DNA of 30,051 nt from a virus (IMGVR_UViG_3300037991_000596:1-30051), one strand, 5' to 3'. Positions 1 to 8,059 are shown, counted from the stretch's first letter. Made by a program: numbers and translations. Notes: generated from the sequence alone by a model not told the origin.

Positions 1-100
1 TTTCACCTTGTACGGATTCAGGTACAACTTCACCGGCTTCATGTGCTAAAAAGCCGTCAACAATTTGAGTATTGCCAATAAAATTAAATCTTTTTGGATT
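1..100. repeat. Terminal direct repeat (circular assembly overlap), left copy
   Basis: Bases 3-100 are identical to 29954-30051; position 2 (T) vs 29953 (C) is a single mismatch. Implies a 29,951-bp circular unit. Confidence 0.95.
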
Positions 101-1561
101 GAGTTGTTTAACCCTATCAATGGCATTTGTAATAGATTGAACATTTTCTTTTAATCTATAATCAGATGACGTGTTGTAAGCAGTCGCAAAATCACTAACA
201 GTAATTGACCCTTCAGAACTTGAACCAGCAAAAAATTCAACTACTTTGTGGGGTGAACTTCCCGTTCCTCTTTCAATTTTAAGAATTGTTGATGTGCTTG
301 AATTAGTTGAAGTATTTTTTAAATGAAGTCTTAAATTAGTTGCAGATTCAATTTCTAAACCTGGGATTCTAAATGCAGTTATATTTGAATCTCCCAAAGT
401 TATTTCATTCGATGCACTTGTTGAAGATAAACTTGCATTGTGACCAATAACAATACTATTAGAACCAGTTATGTCATCAGAAACGTGAATGTCAGAGCCT
501 ATTGCAATAATACTACTTCCAGTATGAACACCATTTTTCAAACATTGGTAACCAATAGAAATAAATCTTGAACCACTAGTTGCGTTTTCAAAACATGCAC
601 CCCCAACGGCAACGTTTGCAAATCCAGTTGCACCATTCGTGTTTCCACGTCCAGTTGATGAACCAACAAAACAATTAACATTTGAATCATAATAACGTCC
701 ACTATTGTAACCAATAAAAGTGTTGCTAAATCTTGTTGGTCCGACATCTTTACCAGCATAAGCACCAACCATTGTGTTTCTATTTAAAGAACTTGCCGCT
801 TCAAATCCCGCTTGATAACCTATAAAAACGCCGTCACTTCCAACATTTCGTCGTCCGGCTTCATATCCTAATGACACATTTCGTGAACCAGTTGTGTTGG
901 CATAATGTGATTGATAACCAATATTTGTGTTATATGTTCCAGAAGTGTTTGAGCGACCAGCTTGATATCCTATTGATATAATACCAGCTGCACCTGATTG
1001 AGCGCTATAATTTGTTTGATAACCTATTGAAATAGAATTTGCAGCACCATTAAACAAAGCGGCGTTACTACCTATTGCAATGCAAAAATTAACTCCACTA
1101 AATTGCGAAGCGGCATATCCTATCGCAACATTGTCAGTTGACATTGAACTTCCGTGGGCATCATAACCAATAGCTACTGTTCTATCACCATTTGACGAAC
1201 TTGCATTTCCGGCTTGTCTTCCAATAATAACCATATTGTCAGAGTCTGTTATAAGTTTAGCAGCTTCAAATCCGATAAAAGTGTTGCCAAAACCAGTTGT
1301 TAAACCTTGACCAGCATCAATTCCCAATATTGTGTTATCTATTGGATTCCCACTTAAACCGCTAGGCACTTCAGAAACATAAACTGAATTTCCGTCAACC
1401 AAACAATCAGTTAAATCATTTAAAGTAGATGCACCGCCGCCGCCACCACTTAAATCTGAAGGCGCAATTCTGACGTTGTCTGTTCCGTCATAACCAACAA
1501 CAAAATCGACATCAGCCGAGTCTGTTTTTAAAGTAAAATCACTAAATTTTTTATTAGCCAT
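1..1561 (-). CDS. Tail fibre / receptor-binding protein, 5' part (YadA-like repeats plus Peptidase S74 intramolecular chaperone); continues across the junction to 29824
   Basis: Manually translated from ATG at 1561: MANKKFSDFTLKTDSADVDFVVGYDGTDNVRIAPSDLSGGGGGAS..., many NxxIGYxA-type repeats (NTFIGFEA, TVAIGYDA, NTNIGYQS, NVSLGYEA), then TSSDYRLKENVQSITNAIDRVKQLNPKRFNF...GFLAHEAGEVVPESV, the S74 autocleavage signature. Full join is 562 aa. Confidence 0.9.
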   Translation of the reverse strand, partial: MANKKFSDFTLKTDSADVDFVVGYDGTDNVRIAPSDLSGGGGGASTLNDLTDCLVDGNSVYVSEVPSGLSGNPIDNTILGIDAGQGLTTGFGNTFIGFEAAKLITDSDNMVIIGRQAGNASSSNGDRTVAIGYDAHGSSMSTDNVAIGYAASQFSGVNFCIAIGSNAALFNGAANSISIGYQTNYSAQSGAAGIISIGYQAGRSNTSGTYNTNIGYQSHYANTTGSRNVSLGYEAGRRNVGSDGVFIGYQAGFEAASSLNRNTMVGAYAGKDVGPTRFSNTFIGYNSGRYYDSNVNCFVGSSTGRGNTNGATGFANVAVGGACFENATSGSRFISIGYQCLKNGVHTGSSIIAIGSDIHVSDDITGSNSIVIGHNASLSSTSASNEITLGDSNITAFRIPGLEIESATNLRLHLKNTSTNSSTSTILKIERGTGSSPHKVVEFFAGSSSEGSITVSDFATAYNTSSDYRLKENVQSITNAIDRVKQLNPKRFNFIGNTQIVDGFLAHEAGEVVPESVQGE

Positions 1562-1589
1562 ATTTTAAATTTATAAAAATTTAACTTAA

Positions 1590-1597
1590 CAAAAATA
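1590..1597 (-). promoter_or_regulatory. Bacteroidota -7 promoter element (TATTTTTG) upstream of tail fibre
   Basis: Matches TAnnTTTG on the minus strand, 28 nt upstream of ATG 1561. Confidence 0.6.
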
Positions 1598-1622
1598 CAA
1601 AATTTTAAATTAGATAGTTTTT

Positions 1623-1760
1623 TTAACGACCTTGACCCTTGTATTTTTTTTTATAATTTTTAGACGATTTAAGCGCAGAACTTTTGCTTTTTGCATGAAT
1701 ACCCTTTCGACGCTTTTTTTGTTTCTTATACTCTTTTAAAACAATTTTATTTTTCGCCAT
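1623..1760 (-). CDS. Small, very basic protein (45 aa)
   Basis: MAKNKIVLKEYKKQKKRRKGIHAKSKSSALKSSKNYKKKYKGQGR; fills the gap and overlaps the upstream holin stop; below ORF-track cutoff. Confidence 0.75.
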   Translation of the reverse strand: MAKNKIVLKEYKKQKKRRKGIHAKSKSSALKSSKNYKKKYKGQGR

Positions 1761-2208
1761 TTTTCCAATTTTTGGTAATCTTTTCCGCTGATCTCATTCC
1801 AAAATAACCTCCATAAACTAAAAGTAATAAAGAAGACAATAAATCAATCCAATTAGAATCTATTTTAAAGCCTTCTAATGAACTATCCAAAATTATATAT
1901 ATAAATAAAGTCGCAGTCAAAAACGCTAACGTCAAGGGTCTTATATTACGAGTCAAAAAACTATCGGTTTCATTATCACTAACCCAACGTTTTGTGGTTT
2001 CCTCAACTTCTTTGTTTTGTTGTTCAAACATAAGTTGTTGAAGTTTTATTTTGTCTTCAATTGAAATGTCTGATTTAGTGATTTCTTTTATTGCGTCATT
2101 TGGTGAAACAACTCCCTCAATGACATTGCCCAATGTTGGATTTATGACTTTAACCGCACCGATTAATATTTTGCCGAGATTAGTGTCTTTAAATTTTTTT
2201 TTTGGCAT
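1747..2208 (-). CDS. Putative holin (GTA/3TM-like)
   Basis: RWxSD...S.L.RNIRP motif followed by two hydrophobic helices and YFGxRSxEK; adjacent to the endolysin. Start placed at ATG 2208 (MPKKK), just after the endolysin stop, rather than 2229. Confidence 0.7.
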   Translation of the reverse strand: MPKKKFKDTNLGKILIGAVKVINPTLGNVIEGVVSPNDAIKEITKSDISIEDKIKLQQLMFEQQNKEVEETTKRWVSDNETDSFLTRNIRPLTLAFLTATLFIYIILDSSLEGFKIDSNWIDLLSSLLLLVYGGYFGMRSAEKITKNWKNGEK

Positions 2209-2210
2209 AA

Positions 2211-2588
2211 TTATTTTCTTTTGTCCCAATAAGCGTTTCGACCTCGAATGTCATAATGTGTGAAAGAATTATAACGTCCAAGACCACCTTTTTTTATAAA
2301 ACCACCTTGTTGAAGTTTATCAATTGCATTTGCAACTTCATCAGGCGTTGTGTTTTTAACTTGCAGATCACTTGCTTTTCCCAACAAATGTTGGCTTTTT
2401 TTTACGCCTTTGATCTTACGATTATATTTTTCACACCTGAAACCTGAAGTCACTTTGATTGGTTCACATAACATATCACGAATGATTTGCAAATTATTTG
2501 CGAGTTCTTTTATATTCTCTAAAACATCGTCAGGCATAACACAACCGCAACGACATTGAAATTCACTTAAACTAAAGTTTTTTGTCAT
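2211..2588 (-). CDS. Endolysin, Peptidase M15 family zinc peptidase
   Basis: NFSLSEF-C-CGC, SGFRC...N, SQH..GKASD and HYD zinc-binding motifs. Confidence 0.9.
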   Translation of the reverse strand: MTKNFSLSEFQCRCGCVMPDDVLENIKELANNLQIIRDMLCEPIKVTSGFRCEKYNRKIKGVKKSQHLLGKASDLQVKNTTPDEVANAIDKLQQGGFIKKGGLGRYNSFTHYDIRGRNAYWDKRK

Positions 2589-2733
2589 TTTTGGTTTTAT
2601 GTGATTGATAAATCTTTTGTATTGTGTAAATTATAGACGCAAGTAATAATATTATTTTTAAGGAATTTTCAATTGCGGTAAAACTTACAACAAGACTAAA
2701 GGCGTTCAATGTATATACTTTTAAATCATTCAT
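2572..2733 (-). CDS. Small membrane protein, possible holin/antiholin (53 aa)
   Basis: MNDLKVYTLNAFSLVVSFTAIENSLKIILLLASIIYTIQKIYQSHKTKNDKKL; hydrophobic with basic tail, overlaps the endolysin start. Confidence 0.7.
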   Translation of the reverse strand: MNDLKVYTLNAFSLVVSFTAIENSLKIILLLASIIYTIQKIYQSHKTKNDKKL

Positions 2734-2756
2734 AATTTTTTTAATAGTGGTTAATT

Positions 2757-3194
2757 TTATGTTTGTTCAATTTTGTTTGATAATTCAATTATTCCTCTAA
2801 AATATGTGTAATCACTCAAATCGTCTTCTAAATAATTTACACCTTCATTAACGCTAGTGTAAACATTATAACCACTTGATGACAAATCAATATAATTTGA
2901 TGAACGAGTTCGCAATAATCTTAAACATTGATTTACCAATACATTACAAATTAGTTGACCGCCGTCATTTGAAGTGAATCGTGTCACACATTCAATTCGA
3001 GTTATTGTTTGCGTTATAAATGTAGTTTGATTTTCGTCTGTTTCGTCAGTTGATACAGAATAAACCTTTATATATGGATAACTCGCATCAGTTGGAACAC
3101 GATTATAAATTTTAATTGTTTCACCATTTATAGTAATAGCTTCAGACAATTTTTCAATTATTGCTTTTCTAACTGCGGCGATTGGTTCTTCCAT
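2757..3194 (-). CDS. Tail terminator / tail completion protein (DUF3168-like)
   Basis: IYNRVP...YPYI motif, size, and position after the gp10-like gene. Confidence 0.7.
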   Translation of the reverse strand: MEEPIAAVRKAIIEKLSEAITINGETIKIYNRVPTDASYPYIKVYSVSTDETDENQTTFITQTITRIECVTRFTSNDGGQLICNVLVNQCLRLLRTRSSNYIDLSSSGYNVYTSVNEGVNYLEDDLSDYTYFRGIIELSNKIEQT

Positions 3195-3640
3195 TATTTA
3201 ATTGCTTTTTTCATTTCGTCATTAAGACGATTTAATAAATTTTTAAAACCTATTCTAGCAGAACCAAAAAAGAATGGTTGTGCTTTCATGTTTCCAGGCT
3301 TTGAACCTTTGAATTGTTTTGCATAACTTGAAGGAATACCTAGCGCAATCATGTCATCTAACGTAACATTCCCACCAGTTCCAAACTCAACATAGGCGGC
3401 ATAATTCGCATTTGCTTCAACTTGAATTGATTTTCCAACTTTTTTTGAGTTTATAGATTGACGCAAAGTTCCGCCCTTTTCTTTTGCAACTGGCGCCGAT
3501 CGTTTTGCAATTCTCACAATTTCTAAACCTGTTTTGCCAAGTTCATTTGAAACTGATTGAGATTCAAAACGTCTTAACTTATCTAATTTATTTTTTAATT
3601 TAGATAAATCACTTGGGTCAATTTTTAGTTTTGCGTTCAT
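3194..3640 (-). CDS. HK97 gp10-like tail completion protein
   Basis: AKRSAPV..GGTLRQSI...YAAYVEFGT...MKAQPFF motifs. Confidence 0.9.
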   Translation of the reverse strand: MNAKLKIDPSDLSKLKNKLDKLRRFESQSVSNELGKTGLEIVRIAKRSAPVAKEKGGTLRQSINSKKVGKSIQVEANANYAAYVEFGTGGNVTLDDMIALGIPSSYAKQFKGSKPGNMKAQPFFFGSARIGFKNLLNRLNDEMKKAIK

Positions 3641-3967
3641 TTAAACTGATTTTGTTGCTAGTAATTTTGTATAAAAGTCCAAATCAAATTCAAACTTGTT
3701 GTTTATTCTATATTTTTGCGAATCATTTTCAAGTGTAAAGATGTCGCCAAGTTGAATCAAATCAGCCGTTTTTTTACGCATTGTAATTTCAACGTCAATG
3801 TCTTGACCTCTTTTGCCAAGTTTGTCGCTTATTTCACCTTTAATTTGCTTTAAATCGCACCATACTGTTGCGACATTTGACAATGTTGAAGTAAAACCCC
3901 CAAAGCCGTCAGAATCTTTTGACAAACGTTTTATTGTTATTTTAGAATTTAATTTTCCAGCGTTCAT
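3641..3967 (-). CDS. Head closure / head-tail adaptor (SPP1 gp16-like)
   Basis: MNAGKL...ITI...DGFGG...VATVW pattern. Confidence 0.85.
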   Translation of the reverse strand: MNAGKLNSKITIKRLSKDSDGFGGFTSTLSNVATVWCDLKQIKGEISDKLGKRGQDIDVEITMRKKTADLIQLGDIFTLENDSQKYRINNKFEFDLDFYTKLLATKSV

Positions 3968-4476
3968 TATAAAAACATTGATTTATAAGATAATAAAATT
4001 GTTTTTGTTGAGGTTGGTATTTCTGAAATCGTTCCACTTATAAAGTCAGAGCGATTGTCATAATACGTTGAAATCAATTGAAGCATGGCTTGTTTGATTA
4101 ATGAATCGTTTTGACCTGATGTCACATAAGTGATTTTAACTTGTTGAGCCGGTCCGCCGTCAAGTTCAATTGTTTCATTGTCAAGACCCAAAATTTCATA
4201 ATCAGTTGTTGCCGTTCCTTTTATTGTGATTGATGAAATAGAACTTACTGGACCGAATGGCAAACTAAACAAGCCGTTTGTTTCGTCTAAATAATAAGTT
4301 CTATTTTTAGCAACTATGTCACGAGATATAAAATTTTCGCACCAAATTCGTGCTTGTGTGATCATCGCAGAAATAATTGAATCATCAGCACTTGTGTCAA
4401 TACGAACATAATCCTTGACATTTTGAGTTGTTAATAATTCACTTCCAGTTGTTGAATTAATCTTTATTTGTCGCAT
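3967..4476 (-). CDS. Head-tail connector (HK97 gp6 / SPP1 gp15-like)
   Basis: VKDYVRID...DDSII..MITQAR..CE and KQAMLQLISTYYDNR motifs. Confidence 0.9.
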   Translation of the reverse strand: MRQIKINSTTGSELLTTQNVKDYVRIDTSADDSIISAMITQARIWCENFISRDIVAKNRTYYLDETNGLFSLPFGPVSSISSITIKGTATTDYEILGLDNETIELDGGPAQQVKITYVTSGQNDSLIKQAMLQLISTYYDNRSDFISGTISEIPTSTKTILLSYKSMFL

Positions 4477-4669
4477 CGTCTTTTATTTCAATATATTCGA
4501 CTTTTAATTCCTTTGTTTCAAAAGATTCTTTATTTTGTTTTTTACCAATTTTAGTTGCGAAACCTTTTGCAATCCAATTTTGTGCGATGTTGTCAGGCAA
4601 TTCTATTTTATCGCCTTCATCATAACGTTTGCCACCTCTCAAAATTGATTGTTTAATTTTTAATTTCAT
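4457..4669 (-). CDS. Small head-associated protein
   Basis: GKRY..GD.IEL....A..WI.KGFA pattern, typical of small proteins encoded just before the head-tail connector. Confidence 0.6.
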   Translation of the reverse strand: MKLKIKQSILRGGKRYDEGDKIELPDNIAQNWIAKGFATKIGKKQNKESFETKELKVEYIEIKDDATNKD

Positions 4670-4685
4670 AATCTTTTATTTTTTG

Positions 4686-4693
4686 TAAAGATA
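4686..4693 (-). promoter_or_regulatory. -7 promoter variant (TATCTTTA) for head-completion operon
   Basis: TAnnTTTA immediately downstream of a terminator U-tract. Confidence 0.5.
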
Positions 4694-4728
4694 AAAAAAA
4701 TGCGTCACATATATTTGCGACGCATTTT
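4693..4728 (-). terminator. Intrinsic terminator
   Basis: Stem AAAATGCGTC/GACGCATTTT with 8-T tract on minus strand. Confidence 0.75.
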
Positions 4729-4755
4729 CGAAGAATAGAAAACAATAAGAAAACA

Positions 4756-5118
4756 TTAAAGTATTGCAAAGTTATTAAAATAAATTGAATTTTTATTTGA
4801 ACCAACTTCAAAATTCATTAAAGACCCATTATTTTTAAATATAAAAAACCCATTTTTGTTTTTTGAATAAATGGCAAAATAATCAACTTCATTTATATCA
4901 TAATAATCGCCATTTGATTTTTTTAATAGAACACGTTTTCTAACTCTATTGTCTTCATTAACGGCTTTTATTTGAATTTTAAATAAACCTTTTTTTGATT
5001 CAACAATGCAATCATAAGCTGATGTGTGAAGTATTGGAAATGAAACAAGTAAATCATATTTCATAGCTTCAACGGCGAACATATATTCAGCAAAGCAACC
5101 AAATTGACTTGAATTCAT
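4756..5118 (-). CDS. PD-(D/E)XK endonuclease (intron-associated/homing-like family)
   Basis: G.FAE..F, V.FP......YD.IV.....KIQIK and EVDYFAIY motifs. Confidence 0.75.
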   Translation of the reverse strand: MNSSQFGCFAEYMFAVEAMKYDLLVSFPILHTSAYDCIVESKKGLFKIQIKAVNEDNRVRKRVLLKKSNGDYYDINEVDYFAIYSKNKNGFFIFKNNGSLMNFEVGSNKNSIYFNNFAIL

Positions 5119-5122
5119 AACA

Positions 5123-5130
5123 TAAAGTTA
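5123..5130 (-). promoter_or_regulatory. -7 promoter variant (TAACTTTA), probable leaderless transcript
   Basis: Only 4 nt from ATG 5118. Confidence 0.5.
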
Positions 5131-5131
5131 T

Positions 5132-5165
5132 AAAAAAAAGCGATTAAATAAATAATCGCCTTTTT
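5132..5165 (-). terminator. Intrinsic terminator
   Basis: Stem GCGATTA/TAATCGC flanked by A and T tracts. Confidence 0.7.
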
Positions 5166-5200
5166 AAACAAACCAATATAAAACTAAATTATGAGCGAAT

Positions 5201-5341
5201 TTAGTTATCGTTTGCCAACGCAACGCAAACCCCTAAAACAAAGAGATAAATCGCAGTCAACATGTCGTTAAATAACATTATTTGACGTATGGAAAAAACC
5301 CAAAAAGATAATGTTAATAAAAACTTAATATTTTTTTTCAT
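5201..5341 (-). CDS. Small membrane protein (46 aa, two hydrophobic segments)
   Basis: MKKNIKFLLTLSFWVFSIRQIMLFNDMLTAIYLFVLGVCVALANDN; tightly tiled with neighbours. Confidence 0.65.
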   Translation of the reverse strand: MKKNIKFLLTLSFWVFSIRQIMLFNDMLTAIYLFVLGVCVALANDN

Positions 5342-5343
5342 AA

Positions 5344-5466
5344 TTATAATTGATCAGCTTGAAAACATTCATTTGAACAAACATAAACGTCCTCAAATAA
5401 TTTTACGCCACAAACTCGACATTCAAATTCAGGCTCATCGTCGGGAAATGTATCAAAGTACCACAT
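5344..5466 (-). CDS. Small zinc-finger protein (40 aa)
   Basis: MWYFDTFPDDEPEFECRVCGVKLFEDVYVCSNECFQADQL; CxxC...CSxxC motif; 2-nt gaps to both neighbours. Confidence 0.75.
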   Translation of the reverse strand: MWYFDTFPDDEPEFECRVCGVKLFEDVYVCSNECFQADQL

Positions 5467-5468
5467 AA

Positions 5469-5615
5469 TTAATTTTTTAAATTTAATATTTTAAGAACAG
5501 ATTTCAAAGTTTTTTCAAAAATATTTTTATTTTCTAGTTCTTTTAATTCCTCTTTTGTGTAAACGTTAACACGATTTCCGTCGTGTATGATCGTTAAACC
5601 AGTTGTAGTTTTCAT
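5469..5615 (-). CDS. Hypothetical protein (48 aa)
   Basis: MKTTTGLTIIHDGNRVNVYTKEELKELENKNIFEKTLKSVLKILNLKN; tiled with neighbours. Confidence 0.7.
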   Translation of the reverse strand: MKTTTGLTIIHDGNRVNVYTKEELKELENKNIFEKTLKSVLKILNLKN

Positions 5616-5630
5616 GATGTTAAATATTAT

Positions 5631-5648
5631 GGCGAACCGAAGTCCGCC
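5631..5648 (-). promoter_or_regulatory. C(UUCG)G tetraloop RNA hairpin without U-tract
   Basis: Minus strand GGCGGAC-TTCG-GTTCGCC, a 7-bp stem with one G-U, in an AT-rich intergenic gap. Confidence 0.7.
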
Positions 5649-5657
5649 TGATTAATG

Positions 5658-5960
5658 TTATATTATATTAAAAACAATAATTGCATCTGATCCGTTTTCT
5701 CTCCATTGGTTTTGAAGTGCGTCTTGAACTTGTTCAAACGTAACACCCCAAAGGTTTTGAACTTCTTTAAAATGCTTTTTTTCAATTCCAATGAAACAAG
5801 TCTTATTTGAAACAACTTTAAATGTTGTTGGTACGCTTGTGAATATACCAGCGTCAACATCTTGTTGATCTGTTGAACCTACTTCTAAAAAAGTTTCGGC
5901 ATCGTCATTCATAAATGATTGAATAAATAATTGTGTTTTAATGTCAAAATTTGCTTTCAT
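5658..5960 (-). CDS. Hypothetical protein (moron)
   Basis: 100-aa ORF with its own promoter; no recognised motif. Confidence 0.75.
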   Translation of the reverse strand: MKANFDIKTQLFIQSFMNDDAETFLEVGSTDQQDVDAGIFTSVPTTFKVVSNKTCFIGIEKKHFKEVQNLWGVTFEQVQDALQNQWRENGSDAIIVFNII

Positions 5961-5990
5961 AATGTTAAAGTTTTATTGATTTATTTGATA

Positions 5991-5998
5991 CAAATATA
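5991..5998 (-). promoter_or_regulatory. -7 promoter (TATATTTG) of moron island
   Basis: Perfect TAnnTTTG in an AT-rich intergenic region. Confidence 0.65.
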
Positions 5999-6097
5999 TA
6001 ACACATTTTAGAATTAAAAAAATATTTTCACTTTTTTTTTAAAGTTTTTTTTCTTTTTTTTCGTTTCTTATCTGTTGAGAGTCTAAAAATAAAGCAT

Positions 6098-6127
6098 AAA
6101 AAAAAGGGTAAAAAATAAATTTTACCC
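6098..6127 (-). terminator. Intrinsic terminator after major capsid gene
   Basis: Stem GGGTAAAA/TTTTACCC followed by 8 T on minus strand. Confidence 0.8.
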
Positions 6128-6153
6128 CTCTTTTTTGGTTGATTGTCCTTAAA

Positions 6154-7338
6154 TTATGAAGTTTCAAGGGCAGCTTTGTCAACGCTAAAGTCACCATTAA
6201 CAAACGCATTTGGTAGATAGTTTGTTAAAGCTACTCTTTCCTGACATCTAACTGTTACGAATCCGTCTTGAACGTTTGTGCCGTCTTCTCTAAAGAATTC
6301 AACAGAAACGTTGTCACGCACCCAAAGTTGAGTTCCAACGCCAAAGTTTCCAAGTAAGTATTTATCAGAAGTGATTGCAGTTGTTAAAATAACAGGCACT
6401 CCATTGATTCTTGGTTGTAAACCTTGGTTCCAATCCTTAACTAGATATTCATTTGTACTAGCTTTTAGTAATAATATCTTATGGAAATCAGTAGGATTCA
6501 TCATGATATAATCAGCTGTATAATTAGCCAAAGATAATTGATTTAACGCACAAGTTAAAACGTCAAATTCGTTTGCGCTTTCAATAGCATTTGCAAAACC
6601 ACCAGCTGCGAAATCAGCCGCATCAGTAATGATACCACTTAAATTTGGAGCATTGCCGTCACCATTTAAAATTTGTGTGTCTTCAACTTGTAAAAGTTTT
6701 TCAGGCGCTCTAGATGATAAATAAGACGTCAATTGTGGCGTATCATTTAACATTTCTTCAGAGATTCTGAAATAAGTTCCAATCTTTTGTGTGTTAGCAT
6801 CTGTTGCCGTCATATCGAAATCGGATTGAGCTAGGGCAGCGCCTTCATTTTTAGGTGCAACGCCGTTTGAATATCCGCTTTCTTTTACGAATCTTACAAC
6901 ATCAGATGTTGTTGAACCAACTGGAATCAATTGTCTAACGTGAACAGAACGAGTTGGGTCAAATTTGTAACCAGGCACACGTTGAGCCGGTATAACATCA
7001 CCAGTAAAATCAGCAGCGATAGTCATGTCAGCTTTCACTTCAAATTTTGCACTTCTTGAATGTCCTTTTCTAATAGAATCAATTGCGCCGTCTTTTATTG
7101 CATGATTTAAAGCACCTTTAAAAGATTTAGTTTCGTTTTCAACATTCATTTTTTTGTTAGAAACTTCGATTGCGTCCATTCTCTCGTTGAATTTTTCAAC
7201 AAGATTAGCAATTTCATTTTTCAACATTTGGTCGGCTTTTCCAGTAGCGCTTTCAATCGCTTGTCCTGAAGCCTTTTCAATTTTAGCGTCAATAATGTCG
7301 CCTAATTGATCGAGTTGCTTTTTAGCATCTTCATTCAT
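6154..7338 (-). CDS. Major capsid protein, HK97 fold with N-terminal delta domain
   Basis: Coiled-coil N-terminus; EGA...SD.....KIG....ISEEML.D, ED.QILNGDG..PNL.GI, MNP.D and RCQERV motifs. Confidence 0.95.
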   Translation of the reverse strand: MNEDAKKQLDQLGDIIDAKIEKASGQAIESATGKADQMLKNEIANLVEKFNERMDAIEVSNKKMNVENETKSFKGALNHAIKDGAIDSIRKGHSRSAKFEVKADMTIAADFTGDVIPAQRVPGYKFDPTRSVHVRQLIPVGSTTSDVVRFVKESGYSNGVAPKNEGAALAQSDFDMTATDANTQKIGTYFRISEEMLNDTPQLTSYLSSRAPEKLLQVEDTQILNGDGNAPNLSGIITDAADFAAGGFANAIESANEFDVLTCALNQLSLANYTADYIMMNPTDFHKILLLKASTNEYLVKDWNQGLQPRINGVPVILTTAITSDKYLLGNFGVGTQLWVRDNVSVEFFREDGTNVQDGFVTVRCQERVALTNYLPNAFVNGDFSVDKAALETS

Positions 7339-7342
7339 TTTA

Positions 7343-8032
7343 TTAAGATTTTAAATTGTTAATTAAATAGTTATATATGTCGAAATCATCTTTTTTTGCC
7401 TCGACATTCGGCAAAGTGGTTTCCTCGACCGGCTTTGTGAACTCAACAAACAATGATTTTAATTTTAATATTTCAGCCTCAATCGCAAATCCCATTTCAT
7501 CAGAAATATTCCCTTTGCGAATAAGTTTTGATAAATTATCGTAACGTTTTGAAAGTTTTTCAACGTCAATATTTCCTTTAACGTCAAGAATTTTAGCTTG
7601 ATCATTAGCGGCTAAAGTAACGGCGCTAATCTCATAAAGTTTAACTTCAGTAATTTCACGATAATCGTCTTTATTTTGTTTTTGGATTGGCATAATACCA
7701 ACACTATTTTCAGTGATAACGCCTGATTTCATAAGTTCAATGACGTCTTTTCCTAATTGTGTTTTAGCTATTTCAGCCACAAAAACCAATCCTTTGTCGT
7801 CTTCATACAATTCAGACATTTTTCCAATTGGTTGATTCATATCGTGTTGATATAAATATTTAACACGATCACCATTTTCAGCGATAGTCTTTTTATATGC
7901 GCCTTTCATAATAACATCATTGTCAGAGTCTTTGTTTCCAAAATAACTTCCGTACCCTTTTATTATTCCAGCCTTTTCATCAGCATCAATTAATTCGCCA
8001 ACTGGTGACGCTTTATATAGAATTGTATTCAT
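7343..8032 (-). CDS. Prohead protease (HK97 family)
   Basis: GYGSYFGNKDSDND, LYQHD...PIG, EDDKGL, SVG and LYEISAVT.AAN motifs. Confidence 0.95.
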   Translation of the reverse strand: MNTILYKASPVGELIDADEKAGIIKGYGSYFGNKDSDNDVIMKGAYKKTIAENGDRVKYLYQHDMNQPIGKMSELYEDDKGLVFVAEIAKTQLGKDVIELMKSGVITENSVGIMPIQKQNKDDYREITEVKLYEISAVTLAANDQAKILDVKGNIDVEKLSKRYDNLSKLIRKGNISDEMGFAIEAEILKLKSLFVEFTKPVEETTLPNVEAKKDDFDIYNYLINNLKS

Positions 8033-8046
8033 AAGAAAAATTTTTG

Positions 8047-8054
8047 TAAATATA
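8047..8054 (-). promoter_or_regulatory. -7 promoter variant (TATATTTA) for protease-MCP
   Basis: TTTTTGTAAATATACGA context shared with 27728-27744. Confidence 0.6.
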
Positions 8055-8059
8055 CGATT

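Noticed and set aside
1-100. Biological terminal repeat of the virion DNA
   Set aside because: It falls mid-gene and its length (about 100 bp) is typical of an assembler overlap; true termini cannot be inferred.
538-768. Minus-strand alternate-frame ORFs (538-768, 5663-5860, 9506-9697, 15765-15974, 21463-21696, 24606-24818, 28383-28730)
   Set aside because: Nested out of frame within longer genuine CDSs; composition typical of frame-shifted reading.
400-1330. Quasi-periodic CCAAT/CCTAT repeats suggesting a CRISPR-like or DGR array
   Set aside because: They are codons of the repeated IG(Y) motif in the fibre; there are no identical DNA repeats and no reverse transcriptase or cas gene in the genome.
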